Shown: positions 1 through 11,707, counted from the stretch's first letter. The stretch is 33,406 nucleotides of DNA from Octopus bimaculoides (GCF_001194135.2 NC_068983.1:107182644-107216049); one strand, 5' to 3'. A program made the numbers and translations. Notes: generated by a model not told the origin, from the sequence alone.

Positions 1-443
1 TGTGTGTGTGTGTGTGTGTGTGTATAACAGGAGTTACCTTTGTGTGACTTGACAGTGGAACGTCTGTGTTTATGGTTAGTTTCTGATGTCTAAAAGAAAC
101 AAAAGTTTCCATTTGTTTGAAAGGTTGCTTATGTTTTTTTTTGTTTCTTTTATGTGCTGATATATTTATATTTCTCTTTCATTTTTGCTGAGATTCAATA
201 AATAAGATCTAATTTATTGGTTATTGGTTTATGCCTGACATTGTTATTGTTGTTTTTTTGTCTTGTTTTTTTTTTATAGCAGTGTTATATAATTAGCCAC
301 AAAGCAGCTTTCTTTTATATGCTTTCTCACTTGTAACTTTCTCCAATGCTTGTTGAACACAGGCAAGAGATAGTATGTCTGAATACTTCTGTATATATAC
401 ATATATGTGCCTGTATATACAAAATAAACTAATAATAATAATA

Positions 444-648
444 ATTCTTTCAGCTTTAGGCACAAGACCTGAAATCTGGTGGTCAATTGCATTAACCCCA
501 GTGTTTCACTGGTACTTAATTTATCAACTCCAAAAGGATGAAAGGCAAAGTTGACCTTGGCAGAATTTGAACTAGGAACAAAATGACAGGAGAAATACCT
601 CCAAGCATTTCACCTGGCATGCCAATGATTCTACAAGCTCGTTGTCTT
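444..648 (-). mobile_element. tRNA-derived SINE (working family A), near full length, diverged
   Basis: Minus strand reads A-box-like GAGCTTGTAGAATCATTGG, B-box-like GTTCAAATTCTG, body GCCTTTCATCCTTTTGGAGTTGATAAATTAAGTACC and a (ATT)n tail. Homologous fragment at 15705-15812. Confidence 0.8.
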
Positions 649-671
649 AATAATAGCGATAATAATGATAT

Positions 672-882
672 GGACATTATTTACATTATTTATATTTGAC
701 GGATATTTGTCCTCATCTTGTTTGTTGTTAACACGTTTCGGCTGATATACCCTCCAGCCTTCATCATGTGTGTTGGGGAAATTTCGATCCTGGGTTCTCA
801 TTGCTAAGGTATTTTTCAATATTATTATTATTATTATTATTATTATTGTTCAGGTCACTACTTGGAACTGAACTCAGAATCT
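672..882 (-). mobile_element. Composite short element: tRNA-like head fragment + (AAT)n + Penelope-type hammerhead-bearing body
   Basis: Minus strand: B-box-like GAGTTCAGTTCC (about 875-864), (AAT)n, then ATGATGAAGGCTG..CAGCCGAAAC, ending in repeated AAATAATGT. The 5' end is cut by the adjacent RTE fragment. Confidence 0.55.
729..772 (-). ncRNA. Degenerate minimal type I hammerhead ribozyme motif (Penelope-like)
   Basis: ACAC-ATGATGA-A-GGCTG-GAGGGTATAT-CAGCC-GAAAC-GTGTT. Perfect 5-bp stem II. C3 is changed to A and the cleavage-site region is shortened, so it is probably inactive. Confidence 0.65.
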
Positions 883-1660
883 TTCAAGCCTTTGCTCATT
901 CTCTGTAGTTACAGCCCATGTTTGACCGGCTTGTAGCATAGCTGTATGTTACAGGTGTCATTCAGTCTACCTTCCATTCCGAGGGAGAGAGCCTTTGCTA
1001 CCAACAAAGGAAGTAATTCTTTGAACTTTGCTCAGCCTGTTCTTGTTCAAGCAACTACACTTTCAGAGCTTCCTCCTCCACTGCTAACTTGATCACCTAG
1101 GTAACAAAAGTTATCTACTACTTCTAAGGATACCCCCAGACATTTGGGGAAGTCTATTCTCTATACATCCTTTGTGTTTATCATACCTGAACATCTTCAT
1201 CACATAAACCTAACTTTCTCTATTAACCTTCCTGTGATACCACTTATGCATGCATAGTTTGCACTCGGTACACCATATGGAGTTTCTTTTAATACCTTTT
1301 CAACTCTCTGAAGGAATTTGTGATTTGTTTGTTTTCCAACTTACTTTGGTTTTTGCTAAATTAATTCTTAGGCCCTTTGATTCCAGATTTTGCTTCCTCA
1401 CCTGAAATTTCCTTTCTAGTTCAGGTAGAGATTCAGCTATAAGAACAAGATCATCAGTGTAGATGCTCTCAAGGGCAGCCAGTCTTATGGTCTGAATGAC
1501 AGTGATAAACGAGAGGGAACTGAGAACCTATCCTTGATGGAATTCTCTTATACACAGCTATCAATGACCCTCACCTAACTGACAACATCTTTGTACTTGG
1601 CTTTGTACAGTCTTCACCAACCACTAATCTATCCCTAGCTTCTGCATTGACCAACAAAAG
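883..1660 (-). pseudogene. RTE-clade LINE reverse transcriptase fragment, decayed
   Basis: Minus-strand translation with stops and frameshifts: KTGCP*..YTDDLVLIAESLPELERKFQVRKQNLESKGLRINLAKTKV ... VVDNFCYLGDQVSSGGGSSES (YADD region and downstream RT motifs). Confidence 0.9.
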
Positions 1661-1770
<110 letters not shown>

Positions 1771-2291
1771 GGCTCTCATGGCTTCTGGTCTTAATTGATT
1801 GGAAGTGTTATCATGTACATTGTTTTGTCTTGGTGTAAAAGATGGGCTACAGCAAATATTTTGCTCAATACCACAGATTTTCTTGTCAGTTGTTTGACCT
1901 TAACCAGTTGAGCATGTCCCTTAGTGGCTGACAATATGTGCATCTCTGATCATCAGCAGAAGTAGTAGGGGAGCATCATAGCCATGTGTTGTGAGGAATT
2001 CTTTGGGATTTGAATAATTCACTTTTGGAAACATGGGTGTATTGCTCAACATCCTTAAACAAACCTTATTCAGGGACCTTTTGAGCGGAATGGGCTACTC
2101 GACCTGAAGAAAATTCTAACTGCGAGGTCATGTGCTGTTTATCTTGATATGCGATCACCATGTCGCGCACACATGATTGTGATGCATGTGCCTGGTGTAC
2201 CCTTATCAGACGGGTAGTCATGATAGGTGTAATGGGCTTCGTATATTTTAGCCCAGTGTCATTTTGATGGCATGCACTGCTCTCTCACTCA
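1771..2291 (+). mobile_element. Unclassified dispersed repeat ending at (AAT)n, possibly a retroelement 3' UTR
   Basis: Bounded by (AAT)n on both sides. Its 3' end TGTCA(T/C)TTTGATGGCATGCACTGCTCTCT(C/T)ACTCAATAAT recurs at about 2433-2470. Confidence 0.45.
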
Positions 2292-2466
2292 ATAATAATA
2301 ATAATAATAGCAACAACAACAACAGCAATAATGATTCTTTCAAGTTTTAGTATAAGGCCAGCAATTTTAGGGTTAGGGTGTAATTGCTTATGTTGATCCC
2401 AGTATTTGATTGGTTCATTATTTTTATACCAATGTCACTTTGATGGCATGCACTGCTCTCTTACTC

Positions 2467-2498
<32 letters not shown>

Positions 2499-2513
2499 TA
2501 GTAATAATAAAAG

Positions 2514-2830
2514 CCAACATAGACAAAAACCAAGTATATTCCCAATGTAGATTATGTAAAACAAAAGAGGAAAGTAAGTGAATGTAGCATACTGGCACAG
2601 AAAGAATACAAGAAGAGACATGACAATCTAGGGAGAGCAATCCACTGGGTGCTATGTAGAAAGCTAGGATTTGAACATACTGATAAATGGTATGAACATC
2701 TGAATAGATGGATAGAGAAAATATGCATAAAACCCAGTTTAGTACAGCTCCAGAAAACAATGTTATTAGGGACAGCTAGGATACTTAGGAGGGTTCTTGG
2801 CATCTAAGGCTACTTGTTGTAGACCAATGT
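2514..2830 (+). pseudogene. R4/Dong-like (RLE-type) non-LTR retrotransposon 3' fragment with internal deletion
   Basis: QCRLCKTKEES..VSECSILAQKEYKKRHDNLGRAIHWVLCRKLGFEHTDKWYEH/LNRWIEKICIKPSLVQLQKTMLLGTARILRRVLGI*. Zinc-knuckle remnant, RHD motif and the C-terminal LGTARILR motif are present. Flanked by AAT repeats. Confidence 0.85.
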
Positions 2831-3504
2831 CAGGACTCTTTTCTTTTCCAACAGTCTAATCTGTTGAGTGTATATAGAAATAATAATATTCATAAGATAA
2901 TATGAAGAGTGCGATGTGATTGCAATAAATATTTTAGTTTTGAATGATATTTTTTAACAGCTTGCCTGCCATTTTCGAGTTCAAAATGAAAAGTAGTACA
3001 TAGAAATTCAAAATTATATGAGTGCAAAAAATTCTGCACTCCCACGTTCACAGAATGACATCATCAGTCATTAGTTATCAATTTTACAACTGGCAAAAGG
3101 AAAATAATAATAATAATGATGATGATGATGATGATCTTTTTATTAGGCACAAGGGCTTAAAGTGATACACCCAAAATATGAAACTTATACTTGGAGTTAC
3201 AAGGAAAGATAAGATAATGTAGAGTGGGAAGGAAAAATTGTTTAGAAATTATGAAAAAAGATGATAAGAAACGTTATACAATATGTGGAGAGATGTAATA
3301 ACAATCTAAATGGTACACAAATACATACACACATATGTACATACATACACATACATTCATATATATATATATAAAAAATATATGAGTATATGCATGTATA
3401 TGTACATGTATGTACATACCTTCATCTACATGTACATATAGATACATATCTGGGTACATGACGTAAAAAAACATGGGCAAAATGATAAACAAGGTACAAA
3501 AAAC

Positions 3505-3631
3505 AAGTAGGCCACATAGAGAACATATCCTTCATCAGCTGCCACCATTAAATATATATATATAACTCTTCGAAACGCCAGTGTTTTAATGGTGGCAGCT
3601 GATGAAGGATATGTTCTGTATGTGGCCTACT

Positions 3632-3632
<1 letters not shown>
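3505..3632. repeat. 48-bp inverted repeat (3505-3552 / 3585-3632) of Penelope-like terminal sequence
   Basis: Arms AAGTAGGCCACATA(G/C)AGAACATATCCTTCATCAGCTGCCACCATTAAA with one mismatch. Spacer contains (TA)n and CTTCGAAACGCC. Confidence 0.9.
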
Positions 3633-3670
<38 letters not shown>

Positions 3671-3917
3671 CATACACACACACATGCATATACATGCACA
3701 CATATACACACACATATATGCATGGAAATAAAGAGTTTAGTTTACAAATACTACACAATAATTAAAAAAAGTTAAAATTTAAAGAAAGAAAATATGTCAA
3801 ATTTCTAGCTAAACTGAGCTACAGCTTTCTGATACTTTGCTTGAGTACAATCAAATGCTTTTATAAGCATTTTGTGTGACATATAGTGTTGAAAAACATC
3901 AACATCTTGAGAGAAAT

Positions 3918-4311
3918 CTATTTTAAGTTCACTATAAATGTTAGTCTTATTAGTAATTTGTCTTTTGCATGATGTTTATATTCTAAATCTGTTTTTGCGT
4001 TATTATAACTTCTTTGGAAAGTCCATGACACTAACAATGTGTCATTTTGTCTATAAACAGTTTGATTTTCAAAGACCGAGAAATATAGCTCATTCTGATT
4101 GTCTCTCTTTTCTTTATTACTTTCCCAAGGAGGGATTTCATTGTCGGTTGGAAGAAAATATTCCTTCTTACATGCTTTCTTTGTTTTATGAATTTTTCGT
4201 TTATTTTTCTTCTTAATTCCCTTTATATTTTCAGCGAGTGTTTGGAATTTTTCATCTTTAATTGTTAGTTCTTCCTCATCACACAATGAAAGTGTAAGAT
4301 TGAATTTGATA
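3918..4311 (-). CDS. Candidate terminal coding exon of an unidentified minus-strand gene
   Basis: Acceptor ttgccttctaacAG, then 130 stop-free codons in AT-rich DNA (IKFNLTLSLCDEEELTIKDEKF...FIVNLK*). The phase-2 start joins the 6080-6122 exon in frame (TG+T = Cys). Confidence 0.55.
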
Positions 4312-5074
4312 CTGTTAGAAGGCAATGTTTTTACTTATCTGTTTGTGATACTAGACCTAAAGATATTTCCTGTGCTATTCCCAGAGTTTTGGGTGGTGGG
4401 GCACAGGAAACTGGAGTTCATTGTTCTTTTTTGCTGTTGCTCTTCCTTATTTTCAGTTTCCCTACTTTTTACTTAATCTTCCCAGTTGTTCTGAGCATTC
4501 AGCTCTAAGGCGTGTTTTACTCTGGCAAAAGAAACTAAGCTTTTCCTCCTGTATCTTTAATCTTTTGCCCTTTGTCCTGATATCTTCTTCTAGGCGTAGC
4601 TCTGGTGTGGCTTAGTAGCCTTCAGGTGTTATTCGGACTTGCAAGTGCATTTTCAGCTTCTCACCTCATCCAACCACAGGTCTAGTTCACTAAGCCTGCT
4701 TTAACCACTCTTCCATGTTACTACAAAAAAGTTACTACTAGCTATGGCTCTACATCATGTCTAATGTGTTTTATTGTGACTCTTGTGTTGCTTTGACTCA
4801 GAACAGTCTTCAATAAGGCAGCACTCTAATATAATGAAGTACTAGTGAGGAGTGGCTTTACTTAAAAATTAGTGTACATAATGTATACCCCACCCATCAG
4901 CCCATAATCCTGAAGATAGTTAGAAAGAAAAAGGCCATCTGGTTTAATCCTCCATACCATCTAGTTGTTTCCACGAACAAAGCCTGAAGCTCCCTGACAT
5001 GAATTAAACAGCATTTCCCAAGAAATTCCATATCATAAAGTCTTTAATTCCTGTAGCATCAAAGTTAGATCTTG

Positions 5075-5285
5075 GAGAAGATGAAAGAAATGCTAGAGAA
5101 ATAGAAAACTATGAAGGGGAACATGAAAGATCATTTCGAGTATTCTATTCTCTGCAAAGCAATCAGACAATCACTGGAAAATGATTGTGAGATTTACAGA
5201 TTGAGGAAGCTGAGGTTGCTGAGAAAAGGAAAAGTCTAAAAGCAAATGTAGGAAAGTATCAATATAGTTAAAGATTCAGAAATCA
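5075..5285 (+). pseudogene. Possible RTE-like LINE ORF fragment (endonuclease-RT linker)
   Basis: EYSILCKAIRQSLENDCEIYRLRKL..EVAEKRKSLK resembles RTE linker sequence. Recognised from memory only. Confidence 0.35.
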
Positions 5286-5859
5286 CAGAGCTTGAACAAT
5301 AAAACATATATAAATATATCACAAATAAAAAACAAAAACAAAAACAAAAACAAACATGAATACAATTGGCAAAATACAAAATGGATTGGTATTATTAAAC
5401 TGAATTAAATGAATATATACTTATGAGTTTATGCTAATTAATGTATATGGGTGTGAGTGTGTGCATGTGTGTATATGTGTGTGCATGTATATATATATGC
5501 GAGTAAAAATAAATACAAAAAAGGTGGGTTTTTTTGTATGATTGTGTATAGAGGAATATATTATTTTGCTTAAAAGAGTTCCAACACTGTCTGTTTTTTA
5601 TGTTTTATTTATATTCCTGCAGAACTAATGTGGGGTATAGAATATGGAATATACAATATATAATATGATATACAATATACAATATAAAATAAAATAAAAT
5701 AAAAATGGATGGCACCATGAAAGAAAGTATTGAATGTAGATGAAATATTGAGTGTTCAATATAAAGGATCAAATATATAAATATATAAATATAACTTTCA
5801 AGCAAAATAATATATATNNNNNNNNNNNNNNNNNNNNNNNNNNNNNNNNNNNNNNNNNN

Positions 5860-5900
<41 letters not shown>

Positions 5901-6079
5901 TTCACACCTATATACATAATTTAGCATAAGCTCATTTAGTATCTTAGTAATTAGGTGCAGGTTTTGTGTAATTAATTCAAAATTAATCAAACTAAGAAGC
6001 ATAGATTTGTAAGATAAGATACATCTAACAATTTCCAAGATGTAGAAATGCCTACCTGATCTACATAAAATATACTTAC

Positions 6080-6122
6080 CATTTATCCCAAAATGGAGGA
6101 GAGACATACAAACTGAGAAATT
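6080..6122 (-). CDS. Candidate 43-nt internal coding exon
   Basis: Acceptor atatttattttatAG and consensus donor ATG/gtaagt. The phase 1 to 2 frame reads FLSLYVSPPFWDK. Confidence 0.55.
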
Positions 6123-6398
6123 CTATAAAATAAATATAACAGAACTAAGAAAGTACTGAATAGAAAATAAGAATACTATGGATTACAACAAAACCAAATT
6201 ATTTTTAATAGATAAAAAAAGTATAAGTTTAGTATCATTACCATTAAGAATTTCTCAAAGTGAAATCACAACCTATTAGCTAGAACTGCATCTCTAGGAT
6301 TTGGTATTCTCAGTCTATGAAATTGTCAGTTTTAGGACCTCAGAAAATACTTCAGCTTTGTACAGTTATCAGCACTCCAGAGAAGCTCAGTGAAGTGT

Positions 6399-6745
6399 AA
6401 TGGATTACCACTCTGGGATAATGCTGTTGCTATACATACACATCCTAGACCACATCCAGAAGAAGGCTATTCAGCTGACTGGCATAAAGTCAGAGGCATG
6501 CTCCAGCCTCTGGCCCACATACGTGCAGTCTCCTCTCAGTCTTTTCTACCACTAATTAAATGACCTCTACTCCCAAGAGCTGGCTTGCCTCATACAATTT
6601 CCCTCTAAGCACACTTGACTCAATCATCTTGTTTCCATATTGTACCCTGCATCATGAGACCCTACACAAACCATTACACCCATCTTCTCTCATCACAACG
6701 TTGGTCCTCTGGGATGTCTTCCTGCTCATGTCATTTCTGTAGGAG
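6399..6745 (+). pseudogene. CR1/L2-group LINE ORF2 C-terminal fragment, decayed
   Basis: Across frameshifts: ILDHIQKKAIQLTG, LQPLAHIRAVSS, SLFYH*LNDLYSQELACLI, LWDVF. These match the post-RT region of CR1-group elements. Confidence 0.75.
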
Positions 6746-7109
6746 TTGGCTCACAATAGTTTAAGCAGAACAATAATCACATCCTTCTTACAGTCATAAA
6801 GGGTCTGCAAAAGTTATAGAAACTTCCCTTTCTTTGAGACCCATTCAATAAAACAGAGTCTAGGAATATAGAAATGAAAGAAGTTAAAATCAGCACATCA
6901 ACTGAAGAACAAACAAAAGGAAAAATAACCTGAAAAAAAGCAACAATGAAACATTTTAGTATGTAACAAAGAAGATGGTCAAATAAGCTTCTACAATCTC
7001 TTAACTACTGATTAGTTCACTTGCACATCCAAGAATGTCATCTCTTGCAATCAAATTAAATTAATTAGTTCAAAGAAGATTTACTGGAGATTTTATGCTA
7101 TTAGCTATA

Positions 7110-7468
7110 AAGGGTAAAAGGGGTAAAGGGGTAAGTAGCCCCTTTGGTTATGAATGACCATGGGATTACTCCTAGAAAGTTCCTCTCTGAGGCACAAGTC
7201 TGGGCAAGGTTGTTTTTATGGAAGACCAGCAGTTGCCCATACATACCAGTCTCCTCTCTCCATGTTACCAATGTTGTCCAAGGGAAATACAAAAGCTGAT
7301 ACAGCTTAGCACGAGTGATGTCGTAATTCATTTCTACAGCTGAGTGAACTGGAGCAATGTGAAATAAAGTGCCTTGTTCAAGAACACAACACAGAGCTTG
7401 GTCTGGAAATTGAATTCATATTACTTCATAATTGTGAGACTGATGTTCTAACCACTGAGCCATGTGCC
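7110..7468 (-). mobile_element. tRNA-derived SINE (working family C), full length with 10-bp target-site duplication
   Basis: Head TGGCACATGGCTCAGTGGTTAGA, (TTTACC)n-like tail, and flanking direct repeat ATTAGCTATA at 7100-7109 and 7469-7478. Related head at 12034-12152. Confidence 0.85.
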
Positions 7469-8099
7469 ATTAGCTATAGATCCTCAAAATCAATTGAATG
7501 TCATTTCTTTTCTCTTGAACATTACCATCTCCAATTTTCTGTCTTTAGACTTCTCCAGCACCATTACACTCCTGCCCCAACGTCTCTAGGAACAAATGTG
7601 GCACCCTAGCTAGAAACTATTCTTTCTTTTTTAAAAGTATTGATAATCCTTTGTCATCCCCTTCTATTATATCACCTGAGTTTCCTGTTCACTTGTATGA
7701 CCTGTACATATTTGTGTTATCTTCATACAAACTTGCCCCACCTACTCCTATGCTTCCTGCCTCCCTACCCTTCACCCACTTTTGCCTTTCTTTGCTTCTT
7801 TTCTTCCTACTTCTCTTTTTTGTTTACTCATCCCTCACTTATTAACTGGCATCAATACTTCCTGTCTGGTGATGGAGTCCACTTCACTGCACATGACTGA
7901 CATTCACTCAGCACCTATTACACTCTACTCTGCCATACATATCTCTACCATCTTGCATTTCCCCCCATTTGCTACAATGCCTGCTCAATAGCATGAGTAA
8001 GCTAATTTTTTTTGTTCAACTCTTCCATTTTTCTTATACTTTTTAATTTTGACAAAGGACTTTATACTTGAAACATTAAAACTCTGTTCTTTTCCTCAC

Positions 8100-8194
8100 A
8101 GGTTTATACTTTTGTTCCATTATTGTTTTTCTTAGTCCCAAAGTGTCTCTGAATGTTACTACATTTACAATATTTTGAGATGTGTCAGTGTAAA
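8100..8194 (-). CDS. Candidate 95-nt internal coding exon
   Basis: Acceptor tcttctttgattttcttatcAG and donor CCT/gtgagg. Only the phase-1 frame is open: YTDTSQNIVNVVTFRDTLGLRKTIMEQKYKP. Confidence 0.45.
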
Positions 8195-8943
8195 CTGATA
8201 AGAAAATCAAAGAAGACTATCCAAATATTTTAATTAAAGATAGGATTAGAAAGCAATGTATTTTTTTATCAATATAGCAATCCCTCACAAGCAAAACATT
8301 GTTCAGAAAAATATTGGGGAATTCTAAATTCTAAGGATTTAGAGATAAAGATTAACATGTATGTGTAGGATGACTATGGAAAATGTCTCCATTATAAATG
8401 GAACATTAAGAGTGATTAAAGCAAACATAAAAACACACATGTAAGATTACAAGTATCATGCATTTACACACACAACAGATAAAACAATACTAGCATAGTA
8501 CACATTTTTATGTAAGGGTCTCTATAATAACTGAATATGAAAAAAACATATTTACACTAAAAAAAGAAAACAAAGTATCATGCATTTGTATTACCCTGTG
8601 AAAGAAAAATGCATTAAAAAGAGAGATGATGACAACAACAACAATATAAACAACAATAACATCAACTACAATGGTGATGAGGGTGATGACGTCAATGATG
8701 ACAACAACAATGACAATATCAACAATAATAATTTAATTTCTTATTCATCAGCTTTGTATATTTGATTGACACTTGAATTTTTCTTATCTAGATTAATATA
8801 TATTTGTACAGATTCTATCACATCTATTTTTCACTTCTGTTATCTCCATTTCACTTTATCTGACAGCAAATACAATTCCTCTGTTAGGGCATGTTGATAA
8901 GAACTTATTGTCGACTACAAAAGCCAAAAGGCATGAGAGACAC

Positions 8944-9171
8944 CATGTAAACAAACAACTTTCCCAGTGGGCACATCACACAAAAATAGTTTTCTTTCTC
9001 TCTCATGAGATGCACAAGGACAGATCCCCTGACAGTTGGTGGCAATTGTTCTAATCCATAATGATCCGTTACATTTGCATTGATAAGTGTTTCTGTGTGG
9101 ATTCTGTAGCCTGAACTGAAACTCCCATGGGATATTTTCTACAGCTGGTTTATTTAATTTTATTTCTCCTC
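8944..9171 (-). CDS. Candidate cysteine-rich coding exon (3' boundary uncertain)
   Basis: Strong acceptor tctgttgtttgtctttcAG. Only one frame is open: GEIKLNKPAVENIPWEFQFRLQNPHRNTYQCKCNGSLWIRTIATNCQGICPC...VVCLH. The donor ATG/gtgtct is weak but gives an in-frame join to 8194; otherwise the frame runs to a stop at 8915. Confidence 0.45.
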
Positions 9172-10019
9172 CTGAAAGACAAACAACAGATGCCACTCTA
9201 TAAGAAACTGTCTAGTTTTAATACTCATTCATCAATTCCCCTCTGCTACTTTACATGTGGTTGAATGCAGACTGGTATTTTTAGTAGAATCAACAATCGT
9301 AGATTTTCAACACAGCAATTTTAAAATGCTTTCTTCAGAAAAATGGTTTTATCTGATTTGAAAGAATAATAGAAATAGAAAAGCTATGCAACTGATTTTC
9401 TCAAGAGAAAATATGTTCGGCCTCTTTTGACTTTATTTATTCTGTTCTAGTTTTGAAAATTAAAATGTTTCTAATTTTCTAAAATTTATAAAATTCAATG
9501 AGTATTAAAAAATATATTAATCAATGAACAAAAGTGTTAATGTTGGAGAATTTGTCAAAAGATACTGATTTAGACACGTTAATTATAATAAAAAAAAAAT
9601 GTATTTTCATGGTGACATGTTATTCTTGAATATGAAGTATTCATGTTAATGATCAAGATATTTCACCAGGTAAGATAATCTGATTATGGATATGTCACCA
9701 TGGCTTTTTGAGCAATATAATTAAATATGCTAATTATGTCAATTTCTATCTTTTGTGAATGGGGTTCAATGTGTATATTGTGCAATCAATTAAGTATAAT
9801 AACCGATGAAAATGTATTCTAGACAGATTTTAACAAACTGAAAAGAAAATCTTGAATTTTCTCCAGCTCATAATTTTTTTTAATATTTAAAAAGAAATTG
9901 ACAAATTCAAAAAACCATATTTGCTAGAAAATATGCAATTAACTGACAGATGTTTCAAGAATTATAGATTAGAAGCATAAAATAGTGACAGGTGCTCTCA
10001 CAGAGCATAAAACAGAGGT

Positions 10020-10240
10020 ATCATCATCATTTAACGTCCACTCTCCAAGCTGGCATGGGTTAGATGGTTTGATTGGAGCTGATGAGCTGGAGAGCTGCAC
10101 AATGAGAGCTGATTTGGCATGGTTTCTACAACTGGATGCCCTTCCTAATGCCAACCACTCCAGGAGTGTAATGGGTGCTTTTATGTACCACTAGCATGGT
10201 TGTCATGTATATAACACCAACAGTGACCAAAACTAGGATC
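10020..10240 (-). mobile_element. RTE-type LINE 3' UTR with (GAT)n tail
   Basis: Plus strand TCATCATCATTTAACGTCC...GGATGCCCTTCCTAATGCCAACC. Homologous piece at about 18297-18355. Confidence 0.6.
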
Positions 10241-10241
10241 T

Positions 10242-10392
10242 GTGGGTGCCATTTACATGGCATCAGCAATGACCATGACTATGATTCATGGGTGCCATTT
10301 ACATGGCACTGATAACGACTACAGGTACAATTCATTGGTGCCATTTACATGGCACTGGCAATGACCACGACCATGATGCATGGGTGCTGTTT
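10242..10392. repeat. 46-bp minisatellite, about 3.3 units
   Basis: Units start at 10242, 10288, 10334 and 10380 with conserved core GGTGCCATTTACATGGCA and a variable remainder. Confidence 0.9.
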
Positions 10393-11240
10393 GAGTGAAA
10401 TTAGGTGTATATAATATAAAATTTGAAATCAGGCATATCACCATCCATTTATTCATGCTGATATAAGGGAGATGGGACTTTCTTTATCTTTTCTTTTCTT
10501 TTTTGCAGATTTGGCTATTACTTTATTGTTGGCATGATTAGGGTTAACTCTTGTATTTGACATGTAATGGTTTTTCTTATGTATTTATCTGAACTGTAGT
10601 GAAAAGAAAGAACGAAAAATGTATTTTTAAAAGCTTTAAAGTGGTTAAGAAGTTAAAACGTGATTTTATGCTTACTTGTTTAAGGCTATTATGGTGTGTT
10701 AGCGATACAGAAATACTTATAGGTAAATTAGGTTACAGATCAATGACTGTAAGTAGTAAAGTTTAAAGATATCACCATTGCATGTCAGGCAATTTAACCT
10801 TACATTTATTGTTCCATCAATAAACCCCTGTAAATGAAATTTAATGTAGGATAATAAGAAAAAGATTTCTGTATCATGATTTAATGACATTTCCTATAAG
10901 GGAAAACAAGGAGAGAAAAAGGTAAGAAAAGTAGGGAATTAGGAGTAAGTTGAAGTGAGAAGTTTCATGATGAATTACTGAAGATTGTTCATCCAGAATG
11001 ATCAGGGTTATGATATCTGCCACATAACACTGTTACTTTTATTATTTTTTGCTCTTTCAGAAAAGGTAATTTAACAATGAAGGAAATGATATTCTGTGAC
11101 CTTTGTTTACATTTATTTAAGATATTTCTCCAAATGTTTTAAACAAGTTTTAGATCTATTTAACTAACTCATTACTGTTTTTTCTAAAATTTTCAATAAA
11201 GAGAGTGCTGAAGTATTTATTATTATCAACAATAGGAAGA

Positions 11241-11400
11241 GGTGTGGCAGTGTGGCAAGAAGTATGCTTCCCAATCACATGATTTCATGTTTAGCCCCAC
11301 TGCTTGGTACCCTGAGTAAGTGTCTCCTATTATGACCTCAGGCCAACCAATACTTCATAAGTGGATTTGGTAGATGGAAAATGAGAGAAACTCATCATAA

Positions 11401-11460
<60 letters not shown>

Positions 11461-11552
11461 TGATATGCAAATTTGTGAAGCGTTCCATATTGTCAAGGTG
11501 GTGCTCCAGCATGGCCGCAGTTGAATGACTGAAACAAGTAAATGAATAAAAG
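11241..11552 (+). mobile_element. tRNA-derived SINE (working family B) with central (AT)n
   Basis: Homologous to 24536-24986: head GTGGC(T/A)GTGTGG, GTGGATTTGGTAGATGGAAA, and 3' end GGTGCTCCAGCATGGCCGCAG..TGACTGAAACAAGTAAA. Confidence 0.8.
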
Positions 11553-11589
11553 AATACATACATACATACATACATAAATACATACATAA

Positions 11590-11622
<33 letters not shown>

Positions 11623-11670
11623 TATACATATACTTTATTATTAAAGCTGCAAAAACATCACAAAAAAAAA

Positions 11671-11707
11671 TGCTACTCAGAGTTTCACATTCCCATTCGT
11701 CAGGCAG
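11671..11707 (-). ncRNA. Minimal type I hammerhead-like motif (left arm)
   Basis: CTGC-CTGACGA-ATG-GGAA-TGT-GAAAC-TC-T-GA-GTA-GCA. Confidence 0.65.

Noticed and set aside
4430-5050. Minus-strand partial frame ATPELRLEEDIRTKGKRLKIQEEKLSFFCQSK as exon or retroelement ORF
   Set aside because: Flanked by stops, no adequate acceptor, phase incompatible with the 4311 exon, and no family motif I could confirm.
10242-10392. CRISPR-like repeat-spacer appearance
   Set aside because: Spacers are homologous to one another, the context is eukaryotic and there are no cas genes. It is a minisatellite.
10675-10827. Minus-strand segment GFIDGTINVRLNCLTCNG after atttcatttacAG
   Set aside because: Several competing donors and an in-frame stop before the strongest one. 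Too ambiguous to list as an exon.
10490-11070. Plus-strand acceptor-like sites (ttttgcAG near 10510; ctctttcAG near 11060)
   Set aside because: All frames close quickly or lack a good donor, and no plus-strand exon chain could be built.
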